A stretch of DNA of 59,898 nucleotides, from positions 1 through 59,898 of the forward strand of contig PHEX01000004.1 in the NCBI GenBank assembly GCA_002843005.1, read 5' to 3'. Positions 9,948 through 18,654 of the stretch are shown one piece after another. This stretch comes from Candidatus Anoxymicrobium japonicum (lineage in GTDB: Bacteria; Actinomycetota; Geothermincolia; Fen-727; Anoxymicrobiaceae). Position numbers and translations under genes: made by a program. The first letter of the stretch is position 1, and each line of letters begins with the position of its first letter. A model generated the notes under the pieces. That model was not told the origin of the DNA, ran no database searches, and was given only the letters and a program-made list of their open reading frames with translations.

Positions 9948-10961
9948 ATGCATTTTGACTTGAGGTTCTGGGAAGAGTTGCTTACCCCCGGCGAAATCGT
10001 AGAGAAGGCGCTCCCATTCTTGACTGAATTCTCGGCTTCTGTGGCGGTCGCAATGCATCCCGCTTCGCTTACGCGCAAGAACGCGAACGCCTTCAAGAAG
10101 CTCAAGGAAGCCGGGATCGAGTTCGCTTTCTGGCCGCTGATGGAAAAAGAGCGCGGTTACTGGCCGTGCGAGCGCAACATTTCCACGTACGCAGAGCTGG
10201 TGCGGAACCAGCTCGAGTGGGCCGAGCGGAACGGCATCCTGCCCGACATGGTAGCAGTGGATCTGGAGATGTCTCTCCTGCAGGTCCAAAAGATAATGTC
10301 GGCTACGAGCCCTGTGAAGAAACTGAGAGTTGCGCTTTCTCAAGTGTGGGATAACCTGGATCGCGAGCGCTACTATAAGGCCAGGGGGCGCCTGAGTGAG
10401 CTCAACGACGAGATTCAGGATCGCGGGATCAGAACGCTCGCGGCTGTGCTCCCATGGGTGGGCCTCGAGCTCGAGTGGGACGTGGAATTGATCCAGGACA
10501 TGGTCGAGACACCGGTGGCGGGTATCAGTTGGGACGTGATCAGCCCGACAGTGTATGTGAGCATGATCGCGGCGATGTCCGGTGGAACGATAACCCGACG
10601 CGACGCCAACTGGCTCGTCTATGAAAACTGCGGAATGCTGCGCTCTAAATACGGTGGCCGCGCTGGAATATCGCTTGGCGTGACCGGGGTGGGCGTCCTG
10701 GAGGATGAGCCGACATTTGATTCACCGGTTGATCTCGCGGTCGGTCTTGAAGCCGCGCTGGCCGCCGGTGTCCGGGACATCAGCATCTTCAGTCTCGAGG
10801 GGATCATCTCGAGGCCTGATCCGCGCGAATGGTTTGAGGCGATCAAGGCCGCTACCCCTCGAGTGCCTGAGAGGTCGAGAAAGATAGCCGGCGGCCTCAC
10901 GGCGGCCCGCTGTGTATATCCACACGTGGCGCGCCTTGTCGATTGGTACAGGAGAGTATAA
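9948..10961 (+). CDS. Hypothetical 337-aa cytosolic protein with no recognisable motif
   Basis: Long ORF in the sense direction filling the ftsY-ffh gap, with an AGGAA-type RBS region upstream. Alternating beta/alpha-like pattern, but no family assignable by eye. Confidence 0.6.
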   Translation: MHFDLRFWEELLTPGEIVEKALPFLTEFSASVAVAMHPASLTRKNANAFKKLKEAGIEFAFWPLMEKERGYWPCERNISTYAELVRNQLEWAERNGILPDMVAVDLEMSLLQVQKIMSATSPVKKLRVALSQVWDNLDRERYYKARGRLSELNDEIQDRGIRTLAAVLPWVGLELEWDVELIQDMVETPVAGISWDVISPTVYVSMIAAMSGGTITRRDANWLVYENCGMLRSKYGGRAGISLGVTGVGVLEDEPTFDSPVDLAVGLEAALAAGVRDISIFSLEGIISRPDPREWFEAIKAATPRVPERSRKIAGGLTAARCVYPHVARLVDWYRRV

Positions 10962-11035
10962 TCAGTCACAAAGGTATAATTCCGCAAGCGTCCAAAGTTT
11001 AGTATGTACGGTCAATGACTGGAAAAGGAGGAACG

Positions 11036-11182
11036 ATGGCTGAGGGTTACTGTGTGAAGTGCAAAGAGAAAAGAGAGATAAAAAATCCCGATGAAGTCGT
11101 AATGAAGAACAAGATGAAGGCAATGAAGGGCACCTGCGCGAAGTGCGGAACCAAAGTGTTCCGTATCCTCGGCAAAGCATAG
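11036..11182 (+). CDS. Small four-Cys zinc-ribbon protein (DUF5679-like)
   Basis: Not in the ORF track (48 aa): MAEGYCVKCKEKREIKNPDEVVMKNKMKAMKGTCAKCGTKVFRILGKA. A strong RBS (GGAAAAGGAGGAACG) precedes the ATG. Confidence 0.65.
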   Translation: MAEGYCVKCKEKREIKNPDEVVMKNKMKAMKGTCAKCGTKVFRILGKA

Positions 11183-11211
11183 CTCTCATCAACAAGTGAA
11201 AAACGCATAAC

Positions 11212-11350
11212 GGGGTCAGGCACCGTCTACCTCTCCGTCTACCTTTACTGCGTAGAGGGGTCTGGCAACGTCTACCGCGCAGCGGTAGACGGTGCCTGAC
11301 CCCTGGTTGCGTGGTTGCGGTAGACGGAAAGGTAGACGGTGCCTGACCCC
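11212..11350. repeat. Family A mosaic repeat, long form (L, L', rc-L, rc-L with linkers)
   Basis: Exact GGGGTCAGGCACCGTCTACC at 11212. L'/rc-L hairpin at 11257-11303. A second GGTAGACGGTGCCTGACCCC ends at 11350. Confidence 0.9.
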
Positions 11351-11383
11351 TGATCTGATCTGCGTTTTTTTAGAGGAGAAACG

Positions 11384-12715
11384 ATGTTTGAGAGTTTGGG
11401 CGACCGGTTGCAGGATGTGTTTGCGAAACTGCGCTCTCGCGGGAAGCTGTCCGAGAAAGATGTGGACGTGGCGATGCGCGAGATACGCCTCGTGTTGCTG
11501 GAAGCCGACGTCAACTTCAAAGTAGTAAAGCTGTTTGTCGATCGTGTGCGAGAGCGCGCTATCGGAGAAGAGGTCGTAAAGAGTATCACCCCCGCGCAGC
11601 AGGTGGTGAAAATAGTTTACGACGAGATGACGGAAATCCTCGGCGGCAAAAAGCGGGAGCTCGAGTTCGCGCCCCACCCGCCATCGATCATCATGCTCGT
11701 CGGGCTCCAGGGAAGCGGCAAGACTACAGCCGCGGCAAAGCTGGCGGTGTTGTTGCGCAATCAGGGCAGGAACCCGATGCTGGTGGCGGCTGACGTTTAC
11801 CGTCCGGCGGCGGTCGAGCAGCTTCAGGCTCTTGGGTCGCAAATAGGCGTTCCGGTCGCGTACTTCAAGCACAAGAGCGCCCTCGAGATCACCGAGGAGG
11901 CTGTCCGTGAAGCGGCGCGGGCGGGCAACGACGTACTGATACTCGACACCGCCGGCCGCCTGCACATCGACGAAGAGATGATGCAGGAGCTCGCGGATAT
12001 CAAAGATTCAGTGTCGCCGAGCGAGACCATGCTGGTGGTCGACGCGATGACCGGTCAGGACGCGGTAAACGTCGCGAACGCTTTTCTCGAGAAAATAGGC
12101 TTCGAGGGCATCCTTGTCACCAAGATGGACGGCGACGCCCGCGGTGGAGCGGCGCTCTCGATGAAGTCCGTGACCGGCAGGCCAATCAAGTTCGCGTCCA
12201 CCGGCGAGAAGATGAACGATATCGAGGTTTTCCACCCGGACAGAGTCGCTTCACGCATCCTGGGCATGGGAGACGTTGTCACTCTGGTTGAGAAGGCCGA
12301 GGGGTTGATGACCGAGGAGAAGGCGCGCAAGATGGAGGAGAAGCTGCGCAAGCAGAAGTTTGACTTCAACGACTTTCTGGATCAGATGCAGCAGCTTAAA
12401 AAGATGGGAGGCCTCTCCAAGGTTCTCGAGATGGTTCCTGGAATGAGCGGGCTCTCCCGCGCGCAAGGGATCAATGTGGACGACAACCATCTGAAAAAGA
12501 TCGAGGCCATCATTCACTCGATGACCAATGAGGAGCGCGCCCATCCCAACATGCTCAACGGAAGCCGCAAGCGTCGCGTCGCGGCCGGCAGCGGCACGTC
12601 TACGCAAGATGTGAACCAGCTCACCAGGCAGTTCGCGCAGATGCAGAAGATGCTGAAAACGTTTTCGGGCAAGGGAGCGAATATGGGCGCTCTCAAGCGG
12701 CTGTTTCCTTTCTAG
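11384..12715 (+). CDS. ffh: Signal recognition particle protein Ffh
   Basis: Has GLQGSGKTT, DTAGR, TKMDGDARGG and a Met-rich M domain. Confidence 0.95.
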   Translation: MFESLGDRLQDVFAKLRSRGKLSEKDVDVAMREIRLVLLEADVNFKVVKLFVDRVRERAIGEEVVKSITPAQQVVKIVYDEMTEILGGKKRELEFAPHPPSIIMLVGLQGSGKTTAAAKLAVLLRNQGRNPMLVAADVYRPAAVEQLQALGSQIGVPVAYFKHKSALEITEEAVREAARAGNDVLILDTAGRLHIDEEMMQELADIKDSVSPSETMLVVDAMTGQDAVNVANAFLEKIGFEGILVTKMDGDARGGAALSMKSVTGRPIKFASTGEKMNDIEVFHPDRVASRILGMGDVVTLVEKAEGLMTEEKARKMEEKLRKQKFDFNDFLDQMQQLKKMGGLSKVLEMVPGMSGLSRAQGINVDDNHLKKIEAIIHSMTNEERAHPNMLNGSRKRRVAAGSGTSTQDVNQLTRQFAQMQKMLKTFSGKGANMGALKRLFPF

Positions 12716-12753
12716 CCAACAGTTGCTAAAATAATAAAATCAAAGGAGGAGTA

Positions 12754-13020
12754 TTGGTTAGAATAAGATTGAGGAGAGTGGGAAAGAAGAAGCAACCGTC
12801 CTATCGAATCGTGGTCGCGGACTCGCGCGCGCCGCGGGACGGCCGGTTCATCGAGAACCTCGGCTTTTATGATCCCATGACTGAACCATCGACAATAGAG
12901 CTCAATGGCGAGCGGTCGCTTTACTGGCTCGGGCAGGGCGCGCAGCCATCGCGACAGGTGCAGAATCTAATGAAGATCAAGGACGTGTGGGAGCAGTTTC
13001 AGAGTTCCAAAAAAGAGTAG
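12754..13020 (+). CDS. rpsP: 30S ribosomal protein S16
   Basis: Starts (M)[36 protein letters not shown] start after GGAGGAG. Confidence 0.9.
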   Translation: MVRIRLRRVGKKKQPSYRIVVADSRAPRDGRFIENLGFYDPMTEPSTIELNGERSLYWLGQGAQPSRQVQNLMKIKDVWEQFQSSKKE

Positions 13021-13057
13021 CGGTATCCCGTGCGCGTTAATAGATGGAGGCTCGACA

Positions 13058-13288
13058 GTGAAAGATCTCCTTGAATACCTTGCCAGGGCGTTGGTTGATA
13101 ATCCTGATGACGTCCATGTCGAAGTGATAGAAGGAGAGAAGTCCGTCATACTGCAGCTCAAGGTGCATCCTGACGATATGGGAAAAGTCATCGGCAAGCA
13201 GGGCAGGATCGCGCAGGCGGTGCGAATGCTGGTCAAAGCGGCTGCGGCCAGGCAGGGAAAGAACGTAATGGTAGAGATATTGGATTGA
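13058..13288 (+). CDS. KH-domain RNA-binding protein (YlqC/KhpA-like)
   Basis: Has the KH motif DMGKVIGKQGRIAQAVR and sits in the conserved position between rpsP and rimM. Confidence 0.85.
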   Translation: MKDLLEYLARALVDNPDDVHVEVIEGEKSVILQLKVHPDDMGKVIGKQGRIAQAVRMLVKAAAARQGKNVMVEILD

Positions 13289-13295
13289 AATTGGA

Positions 13296-13835
13296 TTGAA
13301 CAAAAACGATGTCGCGCCGGGCGGCGATGATCTCCTGGCGGTTGGAAAGATAGTGAAGCCTCACGGGATTCGTGGGGCTCTTGTCGTAGAGGTTCTGTCG
13401 GATTGGCCCGAGCGCTTTGCGCCCGGAAGCAAATTGCTCGTCGAGGTCGGGAATCAGGAGTTCCGTGAAGTAACCGTCGAGTCAGCGGCGCCTTACGGCA
13501 AAGGCATGCGCGTATTTTTTTTCGGGGTGACAGACCGTGAAGCCGCTCTGAATCTTCGCGATCTGTATTTATTGGCGCCGGCGAGCAATGCGGCCCCACT
13601 GGCGGAGGGAGAGTACTGGGCACACGACCTCAAAGGCATGAAGCTGGTCGAGGAGGATGGCAGCGAACATGGCGAGGTCCTCGAGGTGGTGTGCCGCGCC
13701 GCGCAGGATCTGCTGATGGTGACCGCCGCTGATGGCACGGAGTTTGGAGTGCCGCTCGTGTCAGAGTTTATCAGGGGCGTTGACATGGAAAAGAGAGTTA
13801 TCACAGTGAACCTGCCGAACGGAATGGCGCCTTGA
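13296..13835 (+). CDS. rimM: 16S rRNA processing protein RimM
   Basis: Has [16 protein letters not shown] plus a PRC barrel, with conserved synteny. Confidence 0.85.
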   Translation: MNKNDVAPGGDDLLAVGKIVKPHGIRGALVVEVLSDWPERFAPGSKLLVEVGNQEFREVTVESAAPYGKGMRVFFFGVTDREAALNLRDLYLLAPASNAAPLAEGEYWAHDLKGMKLVEEDGSEHGEVLEVVCRAAQDLLMVTAADGTEFGVPLVSEFIRGVDMEKRVITVNLPNGMAP

Positions 13836-14527
13836 CTGTTTGCGCGCACGTGTTTTGCGTGCTGCCGGAGATGCTCCTCTCGCCAATGGCCGCCGGAATC
13901 CTTAAAAAGGCCGTTGACGCGGGGGCGCTCGAGGTTCGCGTTCATGACCTGCGCGCGCTTTCTCCCGACCCGCATCACAAGGTAGACGACTGTCCGTTTG
14001 GCGGCGGACCCGGGATGGTGCTACGCGTGGACGTGGTTGCGCATGCCATGCGATGTGTTTTTGGCGCCGACGCGGAAAGCTTGCGCGACCGCTTTCCTGT
14101 CATCTTGCTTACTCCACAGGGCGAGCGTTTCGACCAGGGACGCGCCCGCGCGCTTGCTCAAGAAGAGACTCTGGTTTTTATCTGCGGCAGATACGAAGGT
14201 GTGGACGAGCGCGTAAGAGAGCATATCGCCGGCTCTGAGATTTCTCTTGGAGATTTTGTGCTTTCTGGAGGAGAGATAGCGACCGCGACCATTCTTGAAG
14301 CGGTGGCGAGGCTTCTGCCGGGCGTTCTCGGCAACGAGGAAAGCCTGAAGGAGGAATCTTTTTCCCGTGGTCGCCTCGAGTGTCCGCAGTACACGCGACC
14401 CGCGGAGTTCCACGGTTGGAAGGTGCCAGACATTCTTGTAAGTGGCGACCACGGCCGTATTGGCAAGTGGCGGCAGGAGCAGGGACTCGCGCGTACTCGC
14501 GAGCGTCGGCCTGACTTGCTGGAGTGA
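13832..14527 (+). CDS. trmD: tRNA (guanine37-N1)-methyltransferase TrmD
   Basis: Has VLPEML..., FGGGPGMVL and RYEGVDERV. The start could instead be GTG 13850. Confidence 0.9.
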   Translation: MTVCAHVFCVLPEMLLSPMAAGILKKAVDAGALEVRVHDLRALSPDPHHKVDDCPFGGGPGMVLRVDVVAHAMRCVFGADAESLRDRFPVILLTPQGERFDQGRARALAQEETLVFICGRYEGVDERVREHIAGSEISLGDFVLSGGEIATATILEAVARLLPGVLGNEESLKEESFSRGRLECPQYTRPAEFHGWKVPDILVSGDHGRIGKWRQEQGLARTRERRPDLLE

Positions 14528-14597
14528 TATCTGATAGCTAACCGGCTCTTCTGCTATAGTTTATCGAGTTCTTGCGTACGATGATTTGGAGAAGAAG

Positions 14598-14972
14598 ATG
14601 AATGAGATAGAGACAATCGAGAGAAGCCAGCTTCGAGAGGACATTGTCGAGTTCCAGCCTGGCGATACGGTAAAGGTGAAAATAGAGATCAAGGAATCCA
14701 GCGGTGTTGGAGAGAAGCGCACGGTGCGTACGCGCACACAGGCGTTCCAGGGGCTTGTCATCAAGCGTCAGGGCGCGGGCGCTCGTGAGACTTTCACTGT
14801 GCGGAAGATCTCCTTCGGGGTTGGCGTCGAGCGCACGTTCCCGGTTCATTCGCCGATAATCAAAGACATTCAGATAGTCCAGGAGGGCGATGTCAGGCGG
14901 GCGAAGCTCTACTACATCAGGGACAAGGTCGGCAAGGCCGCGCGCGTCAAGAATAAAAAAATCAAGAACTGA
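14598..14972 (+). CDS. rplS: 50S ribosomal protein L19
   Basis: Starts MNEIETIE... and contains [16 protein letters not shown] lies upstream of ATG 14598 (track ORF starts at 14586). Confidence 0.9.
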   Translation: MNEIETIERSQLREDIVEFQPGDTVKVKIEIKESSGVGEKRTVRTRTQAFQGLVIKRQGAGARETFTVRKISFGVGVERTFPVHSPIIKDIQIVQEGDVRRAKLYYIRDKVGKAARVKNKKIKN

Positions 14973-14991
14973 CATGGCGATGGCTCGATAG

Positions 14992-15684
14992 ATGGCCGGC
15001 GAAGGCAACAACGGTTTTGTGAAAGATAATCATCCCGCGGAAAAAGTCGGCGAACCTTTTCGCAAGAAAGGATCGCTCTGGCTGGCTATCCGGGAGTCGA
15101 TGATTATTCTCGTGATGGCAGCTGTTGTCGCCGTTGGCGTCCAATCATTTTTTTTGAAGGCTTTTATCATTCCGTCGTTATCCATGAGTCCGACATTGCA
15201 GGTAGGCGACAGGGTTATGGTGGACAGGGCGACCTACTGCTTCAGAAAGCCCCGCAGAGGCGATGTAGTCGTCTGGCGATACCCGCCTTCCGGTCAAAAC
15301 TCAATGAATACCAGCAACCCGCTTTACTGGCCTTTTGAGGAAATCGGAGAGACTCTCCACTTGACACACGAGGGCGTGACGCCTTATGTGAAGAGGGTAG
15401 TAGCGACTGAAGGCGAAACTATTCAATTGAAGGACGGTCAGCTTTATATAAACCAGAAGCGCGTGAACGAACCGTATGCAGTGAAAAACAACTGTAATTT
15501 TGGGCCTGTAAAGACGCCGAAGGGGATGTTTTACGGTTTCGGGGACAACCGCCCCAACTCGCGAGACAGCCGTTCCTTCGGACCGATTCCGTACCGTAAC
15601 GTCATAGGGAGAGTGTTTCTCAGATGGTGGCCCCCGAACCGCTTTGGCAAGCCTCAAGGACAGGATGGTTCCGCGCCGGGCTGA
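14992..15684 (+). CDS. lepB: Signal peptidase I
   Basis: Has an N-terminal TM segment, the catalytic Ser box IPSLSMSPTL, the Lys box YVKRVVA and GDNRPNSRDSR. Confidence 0.85.
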   Translation: MAGEGNNGFVKDNHPAEKVGEPFRKKGSLWLAIRESMIILVMAAVVAVGVQSFFLKAFIIPSLSMSPTLQVGDRVMVDRATYCFRKPRRGDVVVWRYPPSGQNSMNTSNPLYWPFEEIGETLHLTHEGVTPYVKRVVATEGETIQLKDGQLYINQKRVNEPYAVKNNCNFGPVKTPKGMFYGFGDNRPNSRDSRSFGPIPYRNVIGRVFLRWWPPNRFGKPQGQDGSAPG

Positions 15685-16337
15685 CGATTGGCGGGAAGAA
15701 CGACATTGTGGCGAACGAGGATCTGTTCCGCGAAGATGCGGTGAATCTGATAGCGGGGGCGGACGAGGCGGGGCGCGGAGCGCTGGCTGGTCCGCTGGCG
15801 GCCGCCGCGGTCATGTTCGAGCCAGGGGTAGAGGTCGAGGGTGTAAACGATTCGAAGGCTTTAGCGCCAGGGCGGCGTGAAGAGCTTTATCTCGAAATAC
15901 TGGAAGCCGCGACAAGCGTATCGGTGATTTTTACGGACTCGTGCTTGATAGACAGCTGGGGGCTGCAGACCGCCAACCTGAAAGCTCTGGCGGATGCGCT
16001 TGCGGGAATCGAACCCGCCTGCGATTGTGGCATCTGCGATCACTACTCTCCATCGGGCTTGCCGTTTCCGACCTATGGAATACCCCACGCCGACAGTAGA
16101 TTCCACTCAGTTGCCGCGGCGAGCATTGTGGCGAAGGTGGAGAGGGACAGGGTAATGCGTTCCATGCACCGTCGCTTCCCGCGTTACAACTTTGAGCATA
16201 ACAAAGGATACGGCTCACGGGAGCACATGGAGGCCCTTGTCGCGCACGGCCCCTGCGAGATACACAGGCTCTCTTTCTCGGGCGTCGCGGACGCCGCCGT
16301 TGAAATGCCGTTGTGGGAGAACCAGGTTGAGCTTTGA
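15624..16337 (+). CDS. rnhB: Ribonuclease HII
   Basis: Has the GADEAGRGALAGPL motif. The start is uncertain: 15624 overlaps lepB by 61 nt, and GTG 15708 is an alternative. Confidence 0.85.
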   Translation: MVAPEPLWQASRTGWFRAGLTIGGKNDIVANEDLFREDAVNLIAGADEAGRGALAGPLAAAAVMFEPGVEVEGVNDSKALAPGRREELYLEILEAATSVSVIFTDSCLIDSWGLQTANLKALADALAGIEPACDCGICDHYSPSGLPFPTYGIPHADSRFHSVAAASIVAKVERDRVMRSMHRRFPRYNFEHNKGYGSREHMEALVAHGPCEIHRLSFSGVADAAVEMPLWENQVEL

Positions 16338-16686
16338 CGGAAAGGCTATCGGGCGGCTGGGAGAGGATGCCGCGTGCGCGTTTCTCGAGAAAAACAGTTT
16401 CGAGATCGTGGAGCGCAACTGGCGTGTGCGCGCGGGCGAGATCGACATCATAGCGAGACGCGCGGGGCTCACTGTCATTGCCGAAGTGAAAGCGCGAACG
16501 AATACCACGTTCGGAGAACCGGAGGAAGCCGTAACGCGCGGCAAGGCGCACCGCCTGCGGATGCTGGCGAGCGAGTACCTGTCGGGGATCCCGGAGCACG
16601 GCGAAATACGCTTTGATGTAATCGCGGTCATGCTCGACCGATCAGGCGCGGTCACCGATATAAAACATATCCCGGACGCATTCTAA
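16327..16686 (+). CDS. YraN-family (UPF0102) endonuclease-like protein
   Basis: Contains GRLGEDAACAFLEKNSFEIVERNWRVRAGEIDIIA. TTG 16327 gives the typical ~119 aa and overlaps the rnhB stop. The track ORF start at 16192 is an in-frame upstream extension. Confidence 0.75.
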   Translation: MSFDGKAIGRLGEDAACAFLEKNSFEIVERNWRVRAGEIDIIARRAGLTVIAEVKARTNTTFGEPEEAVTRGKAHRLRMLASEYLSGIPEHGEIRFDVIAVMLDRSGAVTDIKHIPDAF

Positions 16687-16706
16687 CTTATACACGAAAC
16701 AACCCA

Positions 16707-16803
16707 GGGGTCTGGCAACGTCTACCGCGCAGCGGTAGACGGTGCCTGACCCCGCCGCGTCTACCGCGCAGCGGTAGACGGAGAGGTAGACGGTGCCTGA
16801 CCC
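16707..16803. repeat. Family A mosaic repeat (L'/rc-L hairpin plus the short form)
   Basis: Sequence is GGGGTCTGGCAACGTCTACCGC-GCA-GCGGTAGACGGTGCCTGACCCC, followed by CGTCTACCGC-GCA-GCGGTAGACGG-AGA-GGTAGACGGTGCCTGACCC. Confidence 0.9.
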
Positions 16804-16828
16804 AAAGATCATCAATCAGAGTAGGGCT

Positions 16829-18574
16829 ATGGGCCTTGCAATCATAATCGTGTTTCTTGTTCTGTCGTGTGTGTTTACCAGGCCGATGATCAGCAAGGGC
16901 AACCACGCTACGTACAAGGATCCATACGATCCGACCTTTGAGGCGTGGACGCTCGCGTGGGACGTGAAAACGCTCACCAGCAACCCGTTTAACCTCTTCA
17001 ACTCCAATATTTATTTTCCTAATCCGCATACGCTGTCCTACTCGGATTACCAGTTCACAACAGCGTTTATCGGCGCGCCGCTGATGCTGCTGACTGGCAA
17101 TCCAGTTGAGACCGCCAACCTCATGTTGATATTCAACCTGTTTCTCTGCGCTCTTGGGGCGTACCTGCTCGCCAAACACCTGACGGGCAACCGCATCGGG
17201 GCGTTTGTCGCCGGTGTCGTTTTCGCGTTTGCCGCTCCCAGAATGGCGCACATGGGGCACCTCCAGCTCTCGACGGCCGGGTGGATACCGCTATGCCTTC
17301 TTTTTCTTCACAAGTACAGCGAAGAAGGAAAATGGAAAGACGCCGCCATGGCCGCGCTCTTTTTTGTGTTGCAGACGCTGGCTACGTGGTATTACGGGAT
17401 TATGCTGTCGGTCGCTATCATGCTTTTCCTGCTGGTCAGGCTCATGTTGAACAGGAAAGGTTTTACTCTCCGCTGGACATTGATTTTGCTGATCGCCTTT
17501 GCGCTGGCCGGTTGCGTTATCGCGCCGTTCGCGCGTCCTTATCTAGAGGTGCAGTCAAAAAACCCCCGCTTCGTCCGAACTATCGAAGAGGTCGATATCT
17601 TTTCAGCGGACGTGCGTGATTTCGCGATAGCGTCTGAAGAGAACATGGTCTGGGGCAAGCTCACCGCGGGTTTGCGGGAAAGCACCGTGAAACGGGGCGG
17701 CCCGACAGAGCGCTCGCTCTTTCCTGGGTTGCTGCCGCTTGTCCTTGGCATTGCCGGAGCGTGTGTTCTCTTTGCGAAAGGGCGCGCTCGCGAGCGGTTT
17801 TACGCGCGTTTTTACATTGCGTTGGCGGCGTTGGCGGTAGTACTGTGCCTGGGGAGCAGGCTTTATTTCTTTGGTCACACCGCGGACATTCCAATGCCCT
17901 ATGATCTTTTTTATTACTTTTTCCCCGGTTTCAAGGTGATCCGGGTACCGCCGCGCTTCATTATCCTGATTTTACTGTCACTGGCTGTTCTGTCGGCATT
18001 TGCCGTGCGGTTCTTCTTATCGTGGCTGGGGCGCAGGAGGTCTCCTGCCCTTGGAGCGCTGGCGGCTCTGGCAATCGTTGGATTGCTCTTTCTTGACTTG
18101 ATGTCCGTGAGCCTGCCGATGTACACGATACCTCTCAAGAACGAGTTTCCTCCAGTCTACGCCTGGTTGAAGCAGCAGCCGGGCGACGCGCCGACAGCGG
18201 AGCTTCCGCTCGCGGACTACGTTCCCCGGACGTTCAAGGACGGCCTGCAGTACGAGGAAACGTGGCTTGCCCGCGAACCGTGGCGGGTCTATTACTCCAC
18301 TCTGCACTGGAAGAAGTTGTTGAACGGATACAGCGGGTTCATCCCGGACTCGTACTATGAATCGGTCAAAGCGCTGGCCGGGTTCCCGTCGAAAGAATCC
18401 GTCGCTTACCTCAAGGCGCTTGGCATCGAGTACGTTATCGTCCACGCGAACCTGTTCAACCCGGTCACTCTTCAAAAGGTGTTTGCGTGGTCATTGAAGC
18501 ATCACGGCCTCCAGCCGTGGAAAGTGTTCGATGCCAATCGAGATGACATCGACTACGTTTACAGGTTGCGATAG
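16829..18574 (+). CDS. Large polytopic membrane protein, possibly a GT-C-fold glycosyltransferase (ArnT/PMT/YfhO-like architecture)
   Basis: About 12 predicted hydrophobic helices followed by a ~170-aa soluble C-terminal domain. ATG 16829 (MGLAIIIVFLV) is preferred because the 16793 start lies inside the family A repeat. Confidence 0.65.
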   Translation: MGLAIIIVFLVLSCVFTRPMISKGNHATYKDPYDPTFEAWTLAWDVKTLTSNPFNLFNSNIYFPNPHTLSYSDYQFTTAFIGAPLMLLTGNPVETANLMLIFNLFLCALGAYLLAKHLTGNRIGAFVAGVVFAFAAPRMAHMGHLQLSTAGWIPLCLLFLHKYSEEGKWKDAAMAALFFVLQTLATWYYGIMLSVAIMLFLLVRLMLNRKGFTLRWTLILLIAFALAGCVIAPFARPYLEVQSKNPRFVRTIEEVDIFSADVRDFAIASEENMVWGKLTAGLRESTVKRGGPTERSLFPGLLPLVLGIAGACVLFAKGRARERFYARFYIALAALAVVLCLGSRLYFFGHTADIPMPYDLFYYFFPGFKVIRVPPRFIILILLSLAVLSAFAVRFFLSWLGRRRSPALGALAALAIVGLLFLDLMSVSLPMYTIPLKNEFPPVYAWLKQQPGDAPTAELPLADYVPRTFKDGLQYEETWLAREPWRVYYSTLHWKKLLNGYSGFIPDSYYESVKALAGFPSKESVAYLKALGIEYVIVHANLFNPVTLQKVFAWSLKHHGLQPWKVFDANRDDIDYVYRLR

Positions 18575-18593
18575 ACGGCCACGCCCGTCCCGT

Positions 18594-18622
18594 TTGCTTT
18601 CTTTGCTTGTAATGCTTATAAT
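18594..18622 (+). promoter_or_regulatory. Candidate sigma-70-type promoter for comM-dprA, flanked by two 13-nt direct repeats
   Basis: TTGCTT (18594-18599), a 17-nt spacer, then TATAAT (18617-18622). GCTTGTAATGCTT occurs at 18605-18617 and 18625-18637. Confidence 0.4.
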
Positions 18623-18654
18623 GAGCTTGTAATGCTTCAATCCGTGGAGGTTTC

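Noticed and set aside
9072-10343. 423-aa minus-strand ORF, and similar long antisense ORFs at 5997-6641, 8747-9415, 11216-11965, 21750-22757, 23809-24600, 24597-25388, 25959-26735, 28608-29315, 32090-32998, 43707-44408 and 50125-50865
   Set aside because: All lie antisense to, or out of frame within, genes that have unmistakable conserved motifs. Their translations are Arg/Pro/Ser-rich and low in complexity, as is typical of shadow ORFs in high-GC DNA.
16793-16828. ORF starts that give an MPDP... N-terminus (also at 26710-26745)
   Set aside because: The apparent GTG start is the GTG inside the repeat module GGTGCCTGACCC. Downstream ATGs (16829 and 26746) give sensible N-termini.
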